The notes: a model not told the origin generated them from the letters alone. A stretch of 64,000 bases of DNA from a virus (IMGVR_UViG_3300030430_005214:1-64000); one strand, 5' to 3'. Shown: positions 18,269-30,000, counted from the first letter of the stretch. Made by a program: numbers and translations.

Positions 18269-19184
18269 TCATACTCCAATAAATATTAAATATACTTTCT
18301 AGATCGATCCGTGATGCCTCTTGTTTTAATTCCTCTGCCTCTGTTTTCGTAATAGATCCGATGTCTTCTATTTCAGAAGTGTCCAATTTATAGACATCTA
18401 ATCCATACTCAAGAAGCAAAGATATAATTTTCATTGATTTATTTAAGGCATCTTCGTCTAAACCAATGTAAACTTTTGTTTGTTTTTCAACAATCTTTTT
18501 AAATAACTTTGTTGTTTCTTTTAGGGTCGATCCCAATATAGGAATAGAATTTTTCATCTTTATAGAATCAAATGGACCTTCTACTAAAGTTATTGGCTCA
18601 TTCCAGTTAATCAAAAGATCATTAAAAATAATATTTTTTGACGCTGGAGGGTTTTTATAAGACAACCAATCACCACTATATGACCTAGCTGTAAAATAAT
18701 TACAATTACCCTCATCGTCAAAGGACGGTATTATTATACGCTTTTTATACTTTCCTGTCAAGCAAAATCCTATCTTGTGATACAATATATCTTTTTGTCC
18801 AATACCTCTAGACCACAAATAAGATATAGCCTCATTAGCAGCAGCAGGTAAATCTTTTTTTGCTAAACACATATATTCCGAGGGCAGCTTGACAGGCGGC
18901 AGCTTTTCTTCTGGTTGATTAAAAATCAAATCCATTGTAGAAAAATCGACTTCTTGATCTAGAAGCGCCCAATCGTGACGGTCATCTATTGTTCCAAAGC
19001 GTTTTATAAGATAAGATATTGCACCTTTTGTATCACAAACCCAACACTTAAAAAAACCTTTGGTCACATTGACTGATAGTTTCTTTTTATGGTGTTTACA
19101 AAAGGGACAATGATAAAGTGTTTCATCTCTTGAATCATATCCAGACCCAAGGACTTCTCGTAATATATTTTTTTTATTTCTCAT
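18258..19184 (-). CDS. DNA primase (Zn finger + TOPRIM)
   Basis: CPFC...CWVC Zn finger, RIIIP, YKNP, VEGPFD and LDED TOPRIM motifs. Confidence 0.88.
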   Translation of the reverse strand: MRNKKNILREVLGSGYDSRDETLYHCPFCKHHKKKLSVNVTKGFFKCWVCDTKGAISYLIKRFGTIDDRHDWALLDQEVDFSTMDLIFNQPEEKLPPVKLPSEYMCLAKKDLPAAANEAISYLWSRGIGQKDILYHKIGFCLTGKYKKRIIIPSFDDEGNCNYFTARSYSGDWLSYKNPPASKNIIFNDLLINWNEPITLVEGPFDSIKMKNSIPILGSTLKETTKLFKKIVEKQTKVYIGLDEDALNKSMKIISLLLEYGLDVYKLDTSEIEDIGSITKTEAEELKQEASRIDLESIFNIYWSMNEL

Positions 19185-19642
19185 TTGGAATGTTTGTCTG
19201 CGACTACTGAAGCTGCAAAAGAATCAGGCTTGATTTTACAAGCAAATCCAGATCCAACTGCGTAGCCTACTAGCATTTTAGCCATAGGTGAGGTTCTATT
19301 ATTACATTCTTCTGGTGAAATGTCAATATGTATTTCTACATTTGTTGATGGACACAGTTCTGTTATTTTCATGGCCATGTTTATTGATTTCTCTGCTTCT
19401 TTAAGAATGCGATTGTAAAATCTATCAGGGTCATTATACTTTTCTATTTTATAAAAGTAAAGACCTCCTTTCTGATTTTCTGCACCAATAAGGACGATGG
19501 TGGTTGTAAATGTGCATTTTCCCGTTTTTACATGAGAATCTGTGCCTACAATTACTTGTCCTTTGTTCTTATTATGAGATTTAATTTTTTGTGTAATGTC
19601 GAAAAAGTTTATGGATTTACCTGCGCCGGTAGTCCAGTTCAT
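19181..19642 (-). CDS. RNase H-like protein (YkuK/DUF458 family)
   Basis: VIVGTDS, RILKEAEKS, EIHIDI and KPDSFAASVVADKHSK motifs. Confidence 0.85.
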   Translation of the reverse strand: MNWTTGAGKSINFFDITQKIKSHNKNKGQVIVGTDSHVKTGKCTFTTTIVLIGAENQKGGLYFYKIEKYNDPDRFYNRILKEAEKSINMAMKITELCPSTNVEIHIDISPEECNNRTSPMAKMLVGYAVGSGFACKIKPDSFAASVVADKHSK

Positions 19643-20151
19643 TTAAGCCCTGCCTTTGCTACTACTATTGCATCAGCAATATCAAAATATTTTGGTCGGG
19701 GATTACCCTTGTGAGTATATTCTACACTAAAATCAGGGCAGTTGTCAAGCACCCATTGTAATATTTGTTTCTTTGTATCTTTACCCTTTTGAACTTTTAT
19801 TTCATTAAGTTTTCGCGCTTGCTGGGCAGTAAAGTAGATTGGTTGATGCTTGAACGTCTCATAACATATCCAAGAGATTGTACCATTAAACTTTTGCAAA
19901 GCTGCCATAGTTTTTGCCGTTGAACCTCCGGATCCAAAAAACATAAAAGGTTTCTCTATAAATACTTTCTGAATTGGGTATTGAACTTTTATTTCTTGCA
20001 GTCCATCTTTGACGTGCTGAACTTTGTCAAAAAAAGTTTCAAACTTATTTTTATTTCTTGTATCCCAAACTCCAGAGCGAATTATCTCTCCTTCTCCGTC
20101 CAAGATACAAAAACCAGTTATGCTGGTGCTTATATCTAATCCTAATATCAT
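19639..20151 (-). CDS. RuvC-like Holliday junction resolvase
   Basis: ILGLDISTSITG, FIEKP and DIADA catalytic motifs. Confidence 0.85.
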   Translation of the reverse strand: MILGLDISTSITGFCILDGEGEIIRSGVWDTRNKNKFETFFDKVQHVKDGLQEIKVQYPIQKVFIEKPFMFFGSGGSTAKTMAALQKFNGTISWICYETFKHQPIYFTAQQARKLNEIKVQKGKDTKKQILQWVLDNCPDFSVEYTHKGNPRPKYFDIADAIVVAKAGLK

Positions 20152-20164
20152 ATGGTGGTTTCCT

Positions 20165-21346
20165 TTAGATGTCTAATTTTAACTTAAAAGTGAAATCTCT
20201 TTCAGCTGTTTTTTTAATTGGAGTGGCCACATTCGCTATAGCTATGAGATTCTTTTTTTCATCGTATATACCTATTTTGTTTATAAACGTCTGGTGTTTG
20301 AATTTTTTTTCATAATTATGAAAAGAAGAGCTAACTGTGTTTATTAAAGGTATATCTTTATTTTCAGTATACTGGTTACTTGATGTTATTGGCGACATCG
20401 TAGAGGCCGATAAATAATTTAAATATGTTTTATTTGTAGAAAAGTTCAACTCATTTTTATTGGCATGAGCAAACATGGTTAGAGTTTGAACTTTTTTTAT
20501 GCCATTGAATTCTATAGAAAAACTGGCAGATGGAGATACGGTTGCGCTTGCATCATTAGCACCCGCTGCAAAAGTAATCCAGCTTGGTCTTTCAGCAGAG
20601 CCTGCGCCAAGGTTATAAGTTCTTGCATCTAAATCCCAACTGCCTGTTAAAAGAAAGACGCCTTCGTTATAAAGAACTACACCAGCTGTTTTGTTTGAAC
20701 CGTTAGTTTGGGCAAGAATAGTACCCGTTGTTTGTATTAATTGTCCGTTATGATACAGATCTTGGGCTCTTGCAATTAAAGTTCCAGATATAAAAAACTT
20801 TAAATCTACAGTTCCGCGATCAATCGTGGTGCCATAAAAAATTGACGGGACATAAATAAGCGATATCTCTTGTATAGATTTATCACCCAAATTTGAAGAG
20901 AAAGCATAATGAGGGCTAAGTGACGTGTAATAGTTTAAAGTGTTTTTTAATGCCAAAACATGAGAACCAGTAGGGTTATTTATGCCATGATTAGCAGCAA
21001 ATCTTTCTCTAGAGATACTAGCTGATAAAGGGTAAGAGCCACTTATTTGATCTCCATATTCAAAAATGGAATTATAATCAGCTTTACTTATACCTTGCGG
21101 CACTTCAAAACTTCCATCTTTCGTTATAAAAGGAAAAATTAAAGAGTTTTCTGGCCTGTCAACATTAATTTCATATAAATTGGTGTGACCCACAGGAACG
21201 TGTGTGATATTATCAGTAAAAGCACCGCTAATAGCATTCCGTTTATTTAGATATACCTTACTATCATTGACGTCAAATTGAACCAAGGGTTTGGTTTCTA
21301 ATGTGTTATAAAACACATCATTTTTTGTAAATTTATAGTAAGGCAT
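20165..21346 (-). CDS. Virion structural protein (collar/fibre-attachment-like C-terminal motif)
   Basis: C-terminal FINKIGIYDEKKNLIAIANVATPIKK...FKLKLDI; paralogous to the neighbouring 371-aa gene. Confidence 0.65.
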   Translation of the reverse strand: MPYYKFTKNDVFYNTLETKPLVQFDVNDSKVYLNKRNAISGAFTDNITHVPVGHTNLYEINVDRPENSLIFPFITKDGSFEVPQGISKADYNSIFEYGDQISGSYPLSASISRERFAANHGINNPTGSHVLALKNTLNYYTSLSPHYAFSSNLGDKSIQEISLIYVPSIFYGTTIDRGTVDLKFFISGTLIARAQDLYHNGQLIQTTGTILAQTNGSNKTAGVVLYNEGVFLLTGSWDLDARTYNLGAGSAERPSWITFAAGANDASATVSPSASFSIEFNGIKKVQTLTMFAHANKNELNFSTNKTYLNYLSASTMSPITSSNQYTENKDIPLINTVSSSFHNYEKKFKHQTFINKIGIYDEKKNLIAIANVATPIKKTAERDFTFKLKLDI

Positions 21347-21349
21347 TTT

Positions 21350-22465
21350 TTAATAGTCTAGTCTAACTCTTAGCGTCAGTTCGCTCGATGGTGTTTTCTT
21401 CAGAGGCTCTGAAAGCTTGGCTACAGCCAATAATTCATTATCAGAAGAATATAAGCCGACTGTCGTTACATATGAAACAGGATCAGCTAGTGGATTATTA
21501 CCTTTAACAACAATCTCCGATGATTGGAGATAAGTTGGATTTGCTGAATAATTAAATTCTGTATTGTTTGCACGACAGAAATAAATTGTAGAGTTTAATT
21601 CTGTTGTGTTGTTAAAATCAATATCATCATAAGCAAATCTCAAATGGTTTCCTATCTCGTCAATTGTTCCAGATCTAAACAGATGCATTACAGAACCAGT
21701 GTTGATTGTAGACGCAGCAGAAGCTGTTGTGTGAGTTGGCGCAAAGCCTGAGACGATAGATGAAGTCAAAACAGCCACGCCAGCTTGATAATAAATATGA
21801 CCTAGAACTGGGTTTGTGACATCACTAGGGGGATTTGAACTAGATCTAATAAGCCCATATTCGCCGGCTGGTGAATCTGTTAGATAGGTTGTTTGGGCAT
21901 TGTAATCACCAAGTGTTATTGGGCCGTTGCGCGTCTGATGGCTGCTAGATGGGGTAATCATCAGGTCGCCGCAGTCTGAAAAGAAATTAAATCTAAAGGA
22001 ATCTTTTTTAATTTCATCTTTGCCCAAAAGTCTAGCAAAATTAATAAAAAAGCAAGAGTCCATTTTCGTAGCTTCAGTTGCCGCACCAGATGGAGTAAAT
22101 ATTTGAATTTTTCCATTTACATCATAGCCAACGAGGACTTGAGCAAACTGATTATAAACATTAAGTTTCTTTTGATCTTGAACTGAAATTATGTCATGCG
22201 TTCGACCAGCAGCCGTTTCGGAGCCAGTAAATGAAAAAGCAGACCCAGAGGCGTACCCTGCAGTTATATCAAAAATATGGTTTGCAGAGGAACTTAAAAA
22301 AGGATAGTCATAGACTGCTTCATACATGCCATGAACAAAGTATTTTACATTTTCATCATTATACGTGCCCGAAACTATTGTGCCTGTAATCGGAATTGCC
22401 TCATGAAGAAGTGTTCTTGTGCTTGCCACGTCCTCTGGTAAAAGTGTCTTGAATGAATTAGCCAT
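21350..22465 (-). CDS. Virion structural protein (collar/fibre-attachment-like C-terminal motif)
   Basis: EFNYSANPTY...YVTTVGLYSSDNELLAVAKLSEPLKK...RVRLDY. Confidence 0.65.
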   Translation of the reverse strand: MANSFKTLLPEDVASTRTLLHEAIPITGTIVSGTYNDENVKYFVHGMYEAVYDYPFLSSSANHIFDITAGYASGSAFSFTGSETAAGRTHDIISVQDQKKLNVYNQFAQVLVGYDVNGKIQIFTPSGAATEATKMDSCFFINFARLLGKDEIKKDSFRFNFFSDCGDLMITPSSSHQTRNGPITLGDYNAQTTYLTDSPAGEYGLIRSSSNPPSDVTNPVLGHIYYQAGVAVLTSSIVSGFAPTHTTASAASTINTGSVMHLFRSGTIDEIGNHLRFAYDDIDFNNTTELNSTIYFCRANNTEFNYSANPTYLQSSEIVVKGNNPLADPVSYVTTVGLYSSDNELLAVAKLSEPLKKTPSSELTLRVRLDY

Positions 22466-22482
22466 TATTTTCCCCTAGTTTA

Positions 22483-23448
22483 TTAAGTTGTTAGTTTTGC
22501 AAAAGTTACCGGTACATCAATGTGATATCCCGTTGTCACACCGGTGACTTTAATTGTTGTATTAATAAGTTTATAATTTTTTGTATCTAAAGTAGCAGTG
22601 CTACCAATTGTATCAAAAAGGTGATCGCTATGTTTTAAATTTGAACTAGCCATTACACCAAATCTCAATCTAGTTCCGCGAGGCCCAGCTATAACTTCAT
22701 AATCTGGAGTTGTTGCAGCCCCAGGTTCGCCGCCGACACCTTCTAAGGGGCCGGTTTTACATAAAGTTACATAACTTCCAACATTTCGAGTAACATAATA
22801 AGTTGCTATTTGATCATCATCAACAAAAGAAAAAGAGCCAATAGTGCCGCCGGCGGCGGCATCAGTAATCGTGCCCAATCGATTATCTATCTCTATTATA
22901 TATTGTTGCTCAAGTAGTTCTGCATTTAATTGATTATCTGGATTTAGCTTTGTCGTGGTTAAACCTTGATCTACTCTAATGTGATTATCGGTGGCGCCAG
23001 TTGCTTTATTTCCTTTAAGAAATTTTCCACCAATGGTGGTATCAGTATTAAGTTCATCCTCTGTATCGCTATTAACCGATATCAAAAACGAGTTACTAGA
23101 AAGAGCCGTAGTGGGTGTCCTTACTGTTAGAGGTTGATTGGTATTTTCATTAAGCACCAACTGCGGTAAATACAAAAGATTATTATTTGTTAGAGTTATT
23201 AATCGACTTTTTAAACTTGAACGATTATTCGTAAAGGCTTCTAGAATTGGTGTTTGTAATATTTCTAAATCAAAATACGCAGAGCCGCTAGTGTGATTTG
23301 GATTATAACTACCATAATTAATTTCGTCGTCACCAAAAGCGTATTTAGTCACTTTAAAAGTGCCATCGCCCCTTGCCAATCTTTGTCGGCCGGCGTCAGT
23401 AAGTACAGCGTCTAATATAATATCGCCTGAATTGTCTAGAAAAGCCAT
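22483..23448 (-). CDS. Virion structural protein (collar-like N-terminal motif)
   Basis: DAVLTDAGRQRLARGDGTFKVTKYAFGDDEINY; AAGGAG SD; preceded by promoter motif. Confidence 0.65.
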   Translation of the reverse strand: MAFLDNSGDIILDAVLTDAGRQRLARGDGTFKVTKYAFGDDEINYGSYNPNHTSGSAYFDLEILQTPILEAFTNNRSSLKSRLITLTNNNLLYLPQLVLNENTNQPLTVRTPTTALSSNSFLISVNSDTEDELNTDTTIGGKFLKGNKATGATDNHIRVDQGLTTTKLNPDNQLNAELLEQQYIIEIDNRLGTITDAAAGGTIGSFSFVDDDQIATYYVTRNVGSYVTLCKTGPLEGVGGEPGAATTPDYEVIAGPRGTRLRFGVMASSNLKHSDHLFDTIGSTATLDTKNYKLINTTIKVTGVTTGYHIDVPVTFAKLTT

Positions 23449-23468
23449 ATATAACTCCTTTTATTCTA

Positions 23469-23475
23469 TAAATAG
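23469..23475 (-). promoter_or_regulatory. Putative late promoter motif CTATTTA
   Basis: TAACTATTTATAG about 20 nt upstream of ATG 23448. Confidence 0.65.
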
Positions 23476-23527
23476 TTAGTAACTTAAGTTAATTTTGTTT
23501 ATCGATAAAACTAATAGTCGTATCTGT

Positions 23528-26500
23528 TTATAAATCATCCGACGTGATTACTTTTGCCTTCTCATTATATTGTGAAGCTGCGTCGTCTGTATTTATAAAA
23601 TTTGATTTAGACTCTATCTTATCTTTATCTTTGTCAATTAGATCCATACCAAGAGATTGTTTTTCCGTGTCTATTTGTTTACTTAAATATCTCTCGCTTA
23701 TATTTTTCTTAAAATCTAAATTAATATCTATCTTTTTACCTGTTTGTTTGGATGTAATTCTTATCTTATATTTTCTAAGCGGACCTTCTTGAAATAAACG
23801 ATCTATATCGGTGTTGAAGAATGTTTTTCTATATGATATATTTGTTTTATTTATATCATCTCTGTTTGTATACAACCTGGTATCGTCGGCCAATCTTATT
23901 TTTAAATATTTTTTAAAAGTTTTTTCTCTTACCAACCCCTTTCGTGCTTCAGAAAAACTATAAACCTTTAAAACCATGTATGGAGGAAAACCACCTTCTT
24001 TAACAATTCTTAGTTTGTATATTGCAGTTGGATTAGAAAAGTTGCCATGTATATCTTCAAATCTTGCAAAGTAATAATAATCTATATTTGGCGACAAGAT
24101 ACTTTCAAATCCAGAACTTTGCTCATTATTTATTTGTGCTATGGGTTGATTAACAAAATCAGTCCAGCTCGTAGGCATTCTATCTGTCCGATATATTTTA
24201 AAAGTGCCGGCAAAATCATCTGTTCTATATAAGACGCGTCTTTTGAGCGAGCCTCTATCTATCTCAAGATCTGATTGGCTCTCATAATACTTAATTATTT
24301 GCTCTGTGTCTTCCGGAAAAACCTGCACTGGAAATAATTTTCTTTCCCCATAATTTACATTTAACAATATCAACACTTTATCATCAACATCTTTATAAGG
24401 ATAAAATGTCATTTCTGGTGGCAATGGAGGTTTGTCCATTAATTTTGTTATTTTTTGAGTTCCAAATGACACGTTATTGTAATAAGGCGCTCTTACGATA
24501 ATTGGTTTTGGAGTTCCACCCACTGGTTGATCTTGTTCGGGGAGCACGAAGCTGGGGGAAGGGAAGCCGGTGCCGTCATCAGCGACATTTTGCAGTGACA
24601 GAGCTTTTTCATCTAAAGAGAATTCTGGTCCAGATTGAGTAGTGGCATCATTAACTCTTCCCAACTCTGAAGTATATTCTGTGCCGACAACTAAAGAAAT
24701 AGAGTAAACTTCGTACGTGTAATCTTTTTCGTAAAACACTTGAGTGTCAATATAGGATAGTGGACTGTCGCCAACACAAGGTATAAAAAAGCTTTGTAGT
24801 ATTGTTTTTTGGCCATTTGCACTTGAGCTTTTGACAATTTCAAAGCCCAACATCTCTGAATAACATTTGTCGCCATTTTTTATCCCTGCGTATGGTAATG
24901 TTTTGTTTTTAGAATAATTTTTTATCGTATCACCTAAAAGAAGTACATTATATGCCGAAGCAAAACCCCCATCTACTTGTGGCATTACAACTGAATTAGA
25001 AGCAAATTTAACTAAGCTATTGTCAAGGAGATAGTTTTTATATTTTTGCGTGTCAAGCACCATGGAGTTTACATCTAGAACTTGCATTGTAGAAGCAAAA
25101 AGATTAGTTCCACTACCGTCTCCATCGTCGGATGAAAAACCAGAAAACGTATGTAGGGCACCCTTTCGATAATCTATGCCGCCTGGAGCGGGTCTGCCCA
25201 AAACATCTACCGCTCTATCACCAAAATAGTTACAAATAAAACTCATGAACATGTCTAGAAAGTTTTGTTGTTGCAGTTTGTTGATTAAATTTGAATTTAT
25301 ACGCGGTAGCTCTATTTTATTATAATAAGGAAAGATTTTCTTAATTGCATCGACATCTTTAGTAATTTTTTGAACGTTATTTCCAAAACTTATATTTCTA
25401 TTTCTATAAACATTAAGAAAGTTTTGTGCGACCTCACCAGTAAAATTGGCACTTTGAGGGGCCAACTGACTTGGATCACTTGAGGCATTTGAAAATCCAT
25501 AGTATCTTTCAAAAGTTAGTTCTTCATCTAAAACACCATTTAAAGCTTCAGGATTTAAACCAAAAGGTGTTATTTTTATTAAATCTGAGTAATACTTTGA
25601 TAATTTGTTTTGTTTTTTAGAATTTAAAAAAGAATAATAAGTATAGGCATTTGGCAGCTGCCACTCAGTAGAAACGTTTGAAGGAAAGTCTTCAGCATAA
25701 CGCTTATAATAATTATACGAAGAACCAACCTTTACGAAATTAAAATCACTATAAGGCAACATATCTGCCACCAATTCCGTGTTCACAGATCTGTTTAAGT
25801 CTGTAACAAAGTAAATATGTCTTGGGATTGCATTTGGATTTGTGGCGATAGGATAGAGTAACCTTTGTAACAATATAAGAAGATTATTTGTATATTGCTC
25901 TGATTTTTCCGTTTCAAATATCAAATAGTTAAGTTGTGTCGGGCTAGGTGGAGAGGGTATCGCATCTTTTGTTGTTAAGGAATTGCTATTTGCATCAAAC
26001 CCAAATATTACCTTATTTAACCCACCCAGAAACGGGTTCACAATACCATCTGAGGAGTTATCTAACAATCCATCAAAATTAAGATTTATGCCGTCACCAG
26101 CTAAAAAGTTTGAAAGGGCCAGGAATTCTTGGTTTTCAATATTGTTGTTTAGTTTGCTATACAAAACATTATTGTTTTTAATTTGTTGACTCAAAACACC
26201 GGGTTCAGCAAATTGAAAATAAAAATCTAAATCAAATAGATTTTTAAGGTACAGAAAATTGTCACTTTCGCTTAAGCCTGTCTTAGTGTATTTTATCTGT
26301 AAGTTATTGTCTATATAAAATCTTTGACTAGTGATGTATCTAAACATATCAGGCAGATAAGTGCCCAAAGATCCAAAGTTTTTTGCTGTTGTATTATAAG
26401 GTTCGGTTTGTTGTTGATATCTAGCGTCTTCCAATTGAGAATATATGGTTTCATTTGCTTTTACAAAATTAATTTTGTCAAGTTTTTCTTCTGTTTTTGT

Positions 26501-26629
26501 TTTTATTGCTTGACTTTCACCTATAAATTTTTGAGTTCCAGAGTCATCCAAACGTTCATTAAATCGATTGGCGACCGGACTTAAATCTAATTTATCAAAG
26601 TTATCAAATATTGTGTACTTGTCTAACAT
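23528..26629 (-). CDS. Large putative virion protein with FN3/Ig-like C-terminal modules
   Basis: 1033 aa; YIDTQVFYEKDYTYEVY, PPLPPEMTF and PNIDYYYFARFED patterns. Confidence 0.55.
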   Translation of the reverse strand: MLDKYTIFDNFDKLDLSPVANRFNERLDDSGTQKFIGESQAIKTKTEEKLDKINFVKANETIYSQLEDARYQQQTEPYNTTAKNFGSLGTYLPDMFRYITSQRFYIDNNLQIKYTKTGLSESDNFLYLKNLFDLDFYFQFAEPGVLSQQIKNNNVLYSKLNNNIENQEFLALSNFLAGDGINLNFDGLLDNSSDGIVNPFLGGLNKVIFGFDANSNSLTTKDAIPSPPSPTQLNYLIFETEKSEQYTNNLLILLQRLLYPIATNPNAIPRHIYFVTDLNRSVNTELVADMLPYSDFNFVKVGSSYNYYKRYAEDFPSNVSTEWQLPNAYTYYSFLNSKKQNKLSKYYSDLIKITPFGLNPEALNGVLDEELTFERYYGFSNASSDPSQLAPQSANFTGEVAQNFLNVYRNRNISFGNNVQKITKDVDAIKKIFPYYNKIELPRINSNLINKLQQQNFLDMFMSFICNYFGDRAVDVLGRPAPGGIDYRKGALHTFSGFSSDDGDGSGTNLFASTMQVLDVNSMVLDTQKYKNYLLDNSLVKFASNSVVMPQVDGGFASAYNVLLLGDTIKNYSKNKTLPYAGIKNGDKCYSEMLGFEIVKSSSANGQKTILQSFFIPCVGDSPLSYIDTQVFYEKDYTYEVYSISLVVGTEYTSELGRVNDATTQSGPEFSLDEKALSLQNVADDGTGFPSPSFVLPEQDQPVGGTPKPIIVRAPYYNNVSFGTQKITKLMDKPPLPPEMTFYPYKDVDDKVLILLNVNYGERKLFPVQVFPEDTEQIIKYYESQSDLEIDRGSLKRRVLYRTDDFAGTFKIYRTDRMPTSWTDFVNQPIAQINNEQSSGFESILSPNIDYYYFARFEDIHGNFSNPTAIYKLRIVKEGGFPPYMVLKVYSFSEARKGLVREKTFKKYLKIRLADDTRLYTNRDDINKTNISYRKTFFNTDIDRLFQEGPLRKYKIRITSKQTGKKIDINLDFKKNISERYLSKQIDTEKQSLGMDLIDKDKDKIESKSNFINTDDAASQYNEKAKVITSDDL

Positions 26630-27007
26630 TTAGTATCCGCTTCCTCCACCAATTGGTGTCCCCGAAGGCAGACCTGTGGCACTATCGGCGGGGGATCCCA
26701 TGACCTCTAATCCAGCGTTTTCGGCGGCAGGTGCACCAATCGCTTCATTACCTTGAAACCCCGATGTATCAATTGGGCCAATACCAGGGCCGTAATCAGG
26801 TTCGGCTTGTTGTGCACTAATGATTTCATCGCCTGTAAAGTCTGATGTATCCAATGGGCCTGGTAAATTACCACCTGGAAACAAAGGAGGAGACGTTTCA
26901 ACTGGTAGCCCTGGTAGCTTAAAATAAACAATCCCCTGGTTATCAGACAATAATTGTGTTGAATCTAAAAGGAGTGTGTAGCTATTATTAAGATAGAATT
27001 GATTCAA
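26630..27007 (-). CDS. Small Pro/Gly-rich protein with duplicated TSxFxGxExI motif
   Basis: TTG start with AAGGA SD; preceded by CTAATTA at 27026-27032. Confidence 0.55.
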   Translation of the reverse strand: MNQFYLNNSYTLLLDSTQLLSDNQGIVYFKLPGLPVETSPPLFPGGNLPGPLDTSDFTGDEIISAQQAEPDYGPGIGPIDTSGFQGNEAIGAPAAENAGLEVMGSPADSATGLPSGTPIGGGSGY

Positions 27008-27025
27008 TTTAATATTCCTTATAGT

Positions 27026-27032
27026 TAATTAG
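27026..27032 (-). promoter_or_regulatory. Putative late promoter motif CTAATTA
   Basis: Intergenic copy of the recurrent motif. Confidence 0.6.
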
Positions 27033-27044
27033 TAACTAATCTTT

Positions 27045-30000
27045 TTAGTATGGCCCAGTTGGTGATGTTCTAGGTAACTGTACCTGCTCTTTAACACCGG
27101 TCATAGGTGATTTTACTGCCTGTTGATTTTTAATAACTTTTTTAATTATTTCTATTTCTGTTTTTGGATCCAATTGGGCGCCTCGTGTAGCTGGAACTCC
27201 AATCGCTTCGTCCCCTTCAAATCCTGATGTACTAACCGCGGTCGGCGTACCCGGTAATTCGACTGCTCGGGCTGTTCTAGCTTCTGCTACAGCAGCCTGG
27301 ATTGCTTCTTGTTCTAATCTAAATTCAGAATTAGAGCTAGCTACCGCAGGATTTTGATTTACATTGTTTAACTCATCAATAGCATCTCGGGTTCTTCCGT
27401 CAAGTAGTTGATCAACCAATGATAAATCTGTTGGGGCGCCGATCAAAAACAGTTCATTTAAATTATAAAAATCTTTAAATAAATTTATAACTTTTTCATC
27501 AAATAGTGGTGTTATGTCTTCACCCTCAAACAGCACTATTTTGCAAAGAAGTTGTTGACCTGGGAGTAAAGAATTTAATACCCCAGGTGTTAGCTCTCTA
27601 AAGTCCATTGCCTTAATAAAATTATTGTTGTTTTGTGTAAAAAATGAAAACTTTGACGGTCGATTTGCGAATGCACCAATATCTCTTTGTTTAAACCCAT
27701 GTAAATAATGCACTTTTGCAAAAATATTTAAGTAATAAGAATATGTATCATAATGCTCAAATAAAGCATTTTTAGTTATTAAAGAAAAGATATAATAAAG
27801 CAAATAGTTTCTAACCACTGAAGGCTGGATAAGATTTGCCACGTTTGCGGTTGAAAATACATTTGTTGTGTGGGGGACATTTTTGTTTGCCGTGTTAAAT
27901 TCCGTATCTAAAATAATTTCATCACTAACTAATTGCGCATAAGTTTGATTTAAATATTTTAAGCTTCTTCTTTGGTAAACATTAGTATTTATTAAATTTA
28001 CTAAAGATATAGCAGTATTATATGGATAATCTTCAAATGGGCCACCGGTCCATTCATAATCTTTTGAATCTACAGAACCATAAGCTAGAGTTTCTGCATC
28101 TGATTTGCCTGGAGCCCCCATTGCTTCTGGAAGTGATATTACAAATGGCGAACCAAAGTTATCAAGAACTCCTTGTGTGCTATTGCCAATTACACTTGAA
28201 GGAATTTCATCTTTATCGTAAGCTAATTTATCTTGAAGATAATTTGTAACCGTCTCTTGTTTTAAAGGAAATTTAATGCCAAATGTTCCTAAAATCTCTG
28301 GTATCAAAACTGACTTTGGGGTATTTGTTATGTTTTGTATTAATTTATTTCTTATCGCTCTCAAGTAATTATTGTCAAAATTTGTTTCATCTGTTTTTTC
28401 GTATTTTAATATAGATGGAGCAAACATATTCATAAACGAGTAACTATAATCATTATCTTTTCCAACCAAGTCTTTGCCTTCAAGTGTTAAATAATTCATC
28501 GTTTCATTACCTTTGACCAGTTGCTTGTACGAATCGACTGAAATAGGCTTTAAGGGGGATGAGGAAATATTCTCCAGAGCCGGCATGGGCTCAACCCAAT
28601 CAAAAGCATTTTTTGTTTTTGATAAATCTAAAACATTTTTAAACTCGTGTTCATATTCTACAACAAAAACACTTTTATTTTTAACATTTGTCGATTGAAT
28701 ATAATCTTTGTCTGTAAAACCAGAACTTTTTTTAACAACCTGTTCGGTAGAATACAACGTTAACAAATCTTCAGTTCTAGCTCTTATTATATCCAACAAA
28801 GATCTAGTTTTTTCTATTAACTCAGGTGTTGTCACTGATAAAGTTAATGATGATCGAATGAAATTTCTGATATTGTCTATTAAGGAGAAATAGTTTTGCT
28901 CAGTTCCGGTGAAAAAATATGAATTAATTATGACTAAATATGTACTAAGACTATCTAGCAAACTTGCACCAGTCGGGTCGACTATAGGAAAAGCAGAATT
29001 CACACTATCTGGTAATTCACTTTGTTTGTCGAAAGAGAAAGACAAAGGCACCAGTGGATTTACACTACCATTGATAGTTTGTTGGACAAAAGTTGGATTT
29101 AATTCTTTTTGAAACCTATCATAGATAGCGACAAACTTACCAGTTAATGGGTCTGGGATCATAAAGTTTGTTTTTTGAGACAACTCGTCCAAATTCGCAA
29201 TTATAGTTCTAAGCTGCTCTAATCTATCATTTAAATAAGACATCACAGGGTCTTTATACTTTAGTTTTATCTTATAAGCATACTTGCCATTATCTTTTAT
29301 CGCATCAATTTGACCGTCAAAAAATTCGTATAAGCACGTAGTATTATTTTCATTGCCAGCCGGCGTAAAAGTTTTAGAGGTTTTATTAACAAAAACCATT
29401 GGATTAGTTATGTTTGAGCCATTATTATCTTGTTCGCTTAAAACTATATGTTTTTGATCATTTGGTGCGATTATTAGCACGTCACTGGTTTTTGTTCTTT
29501 TATTAATTCTAATAATTTGAAAACTAATAATATCAATATTTTGTATAATTGCATCGTATAATTCAATACCCAAAGATTTTAAGCCCACCACTTTATCTAA
29601 AAAATTTGGCACTTTCGTTGTATATTTCAAAAGACTTTCTTTATCAATTGAAAAGAATAATGCTGGCGATCTATATTCCGAACTTAAAACTTGGCTGCCG
29701 CTACTAAGTTGAGTTTTTTTCTGTCCAGTTCTAATAGAATATTTTAGTTCAGATACTATAGCTTTGTTTTTTATAAAATCATCAATCAACTTATTCTTTT
29801 TTTGTCCAGTGTATAAAACATTAGAACTAGCAGCTAAAATGGCCTCGTATATAGATGACTTATATGAAAACAAATCCTCAAATGCATTCATACCTCTAAA
29901 ATCAATAATTTTACTATTTCCTCGAACGATATATCTTAAAAAGGGGTGAGGTATTGTGTTGTCATGCTGAGCGCCTGCCATGGCTCGAAACTCTCCAAAA

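Noticed and set aside
23467-23474. Exact T4 late promoter TATAAATA
   Set aside because: It is on the plus strand, antisense to all genes; better read as the reverse complement of the CTATTTA motif.
26627-26632. In-frame TAA-ATG junction as stop readthrough or split gene
   Set aside because: The same arrangement occurs at 4229/4230 and 2853/2854, so it looks like ordinary tight gene packing.
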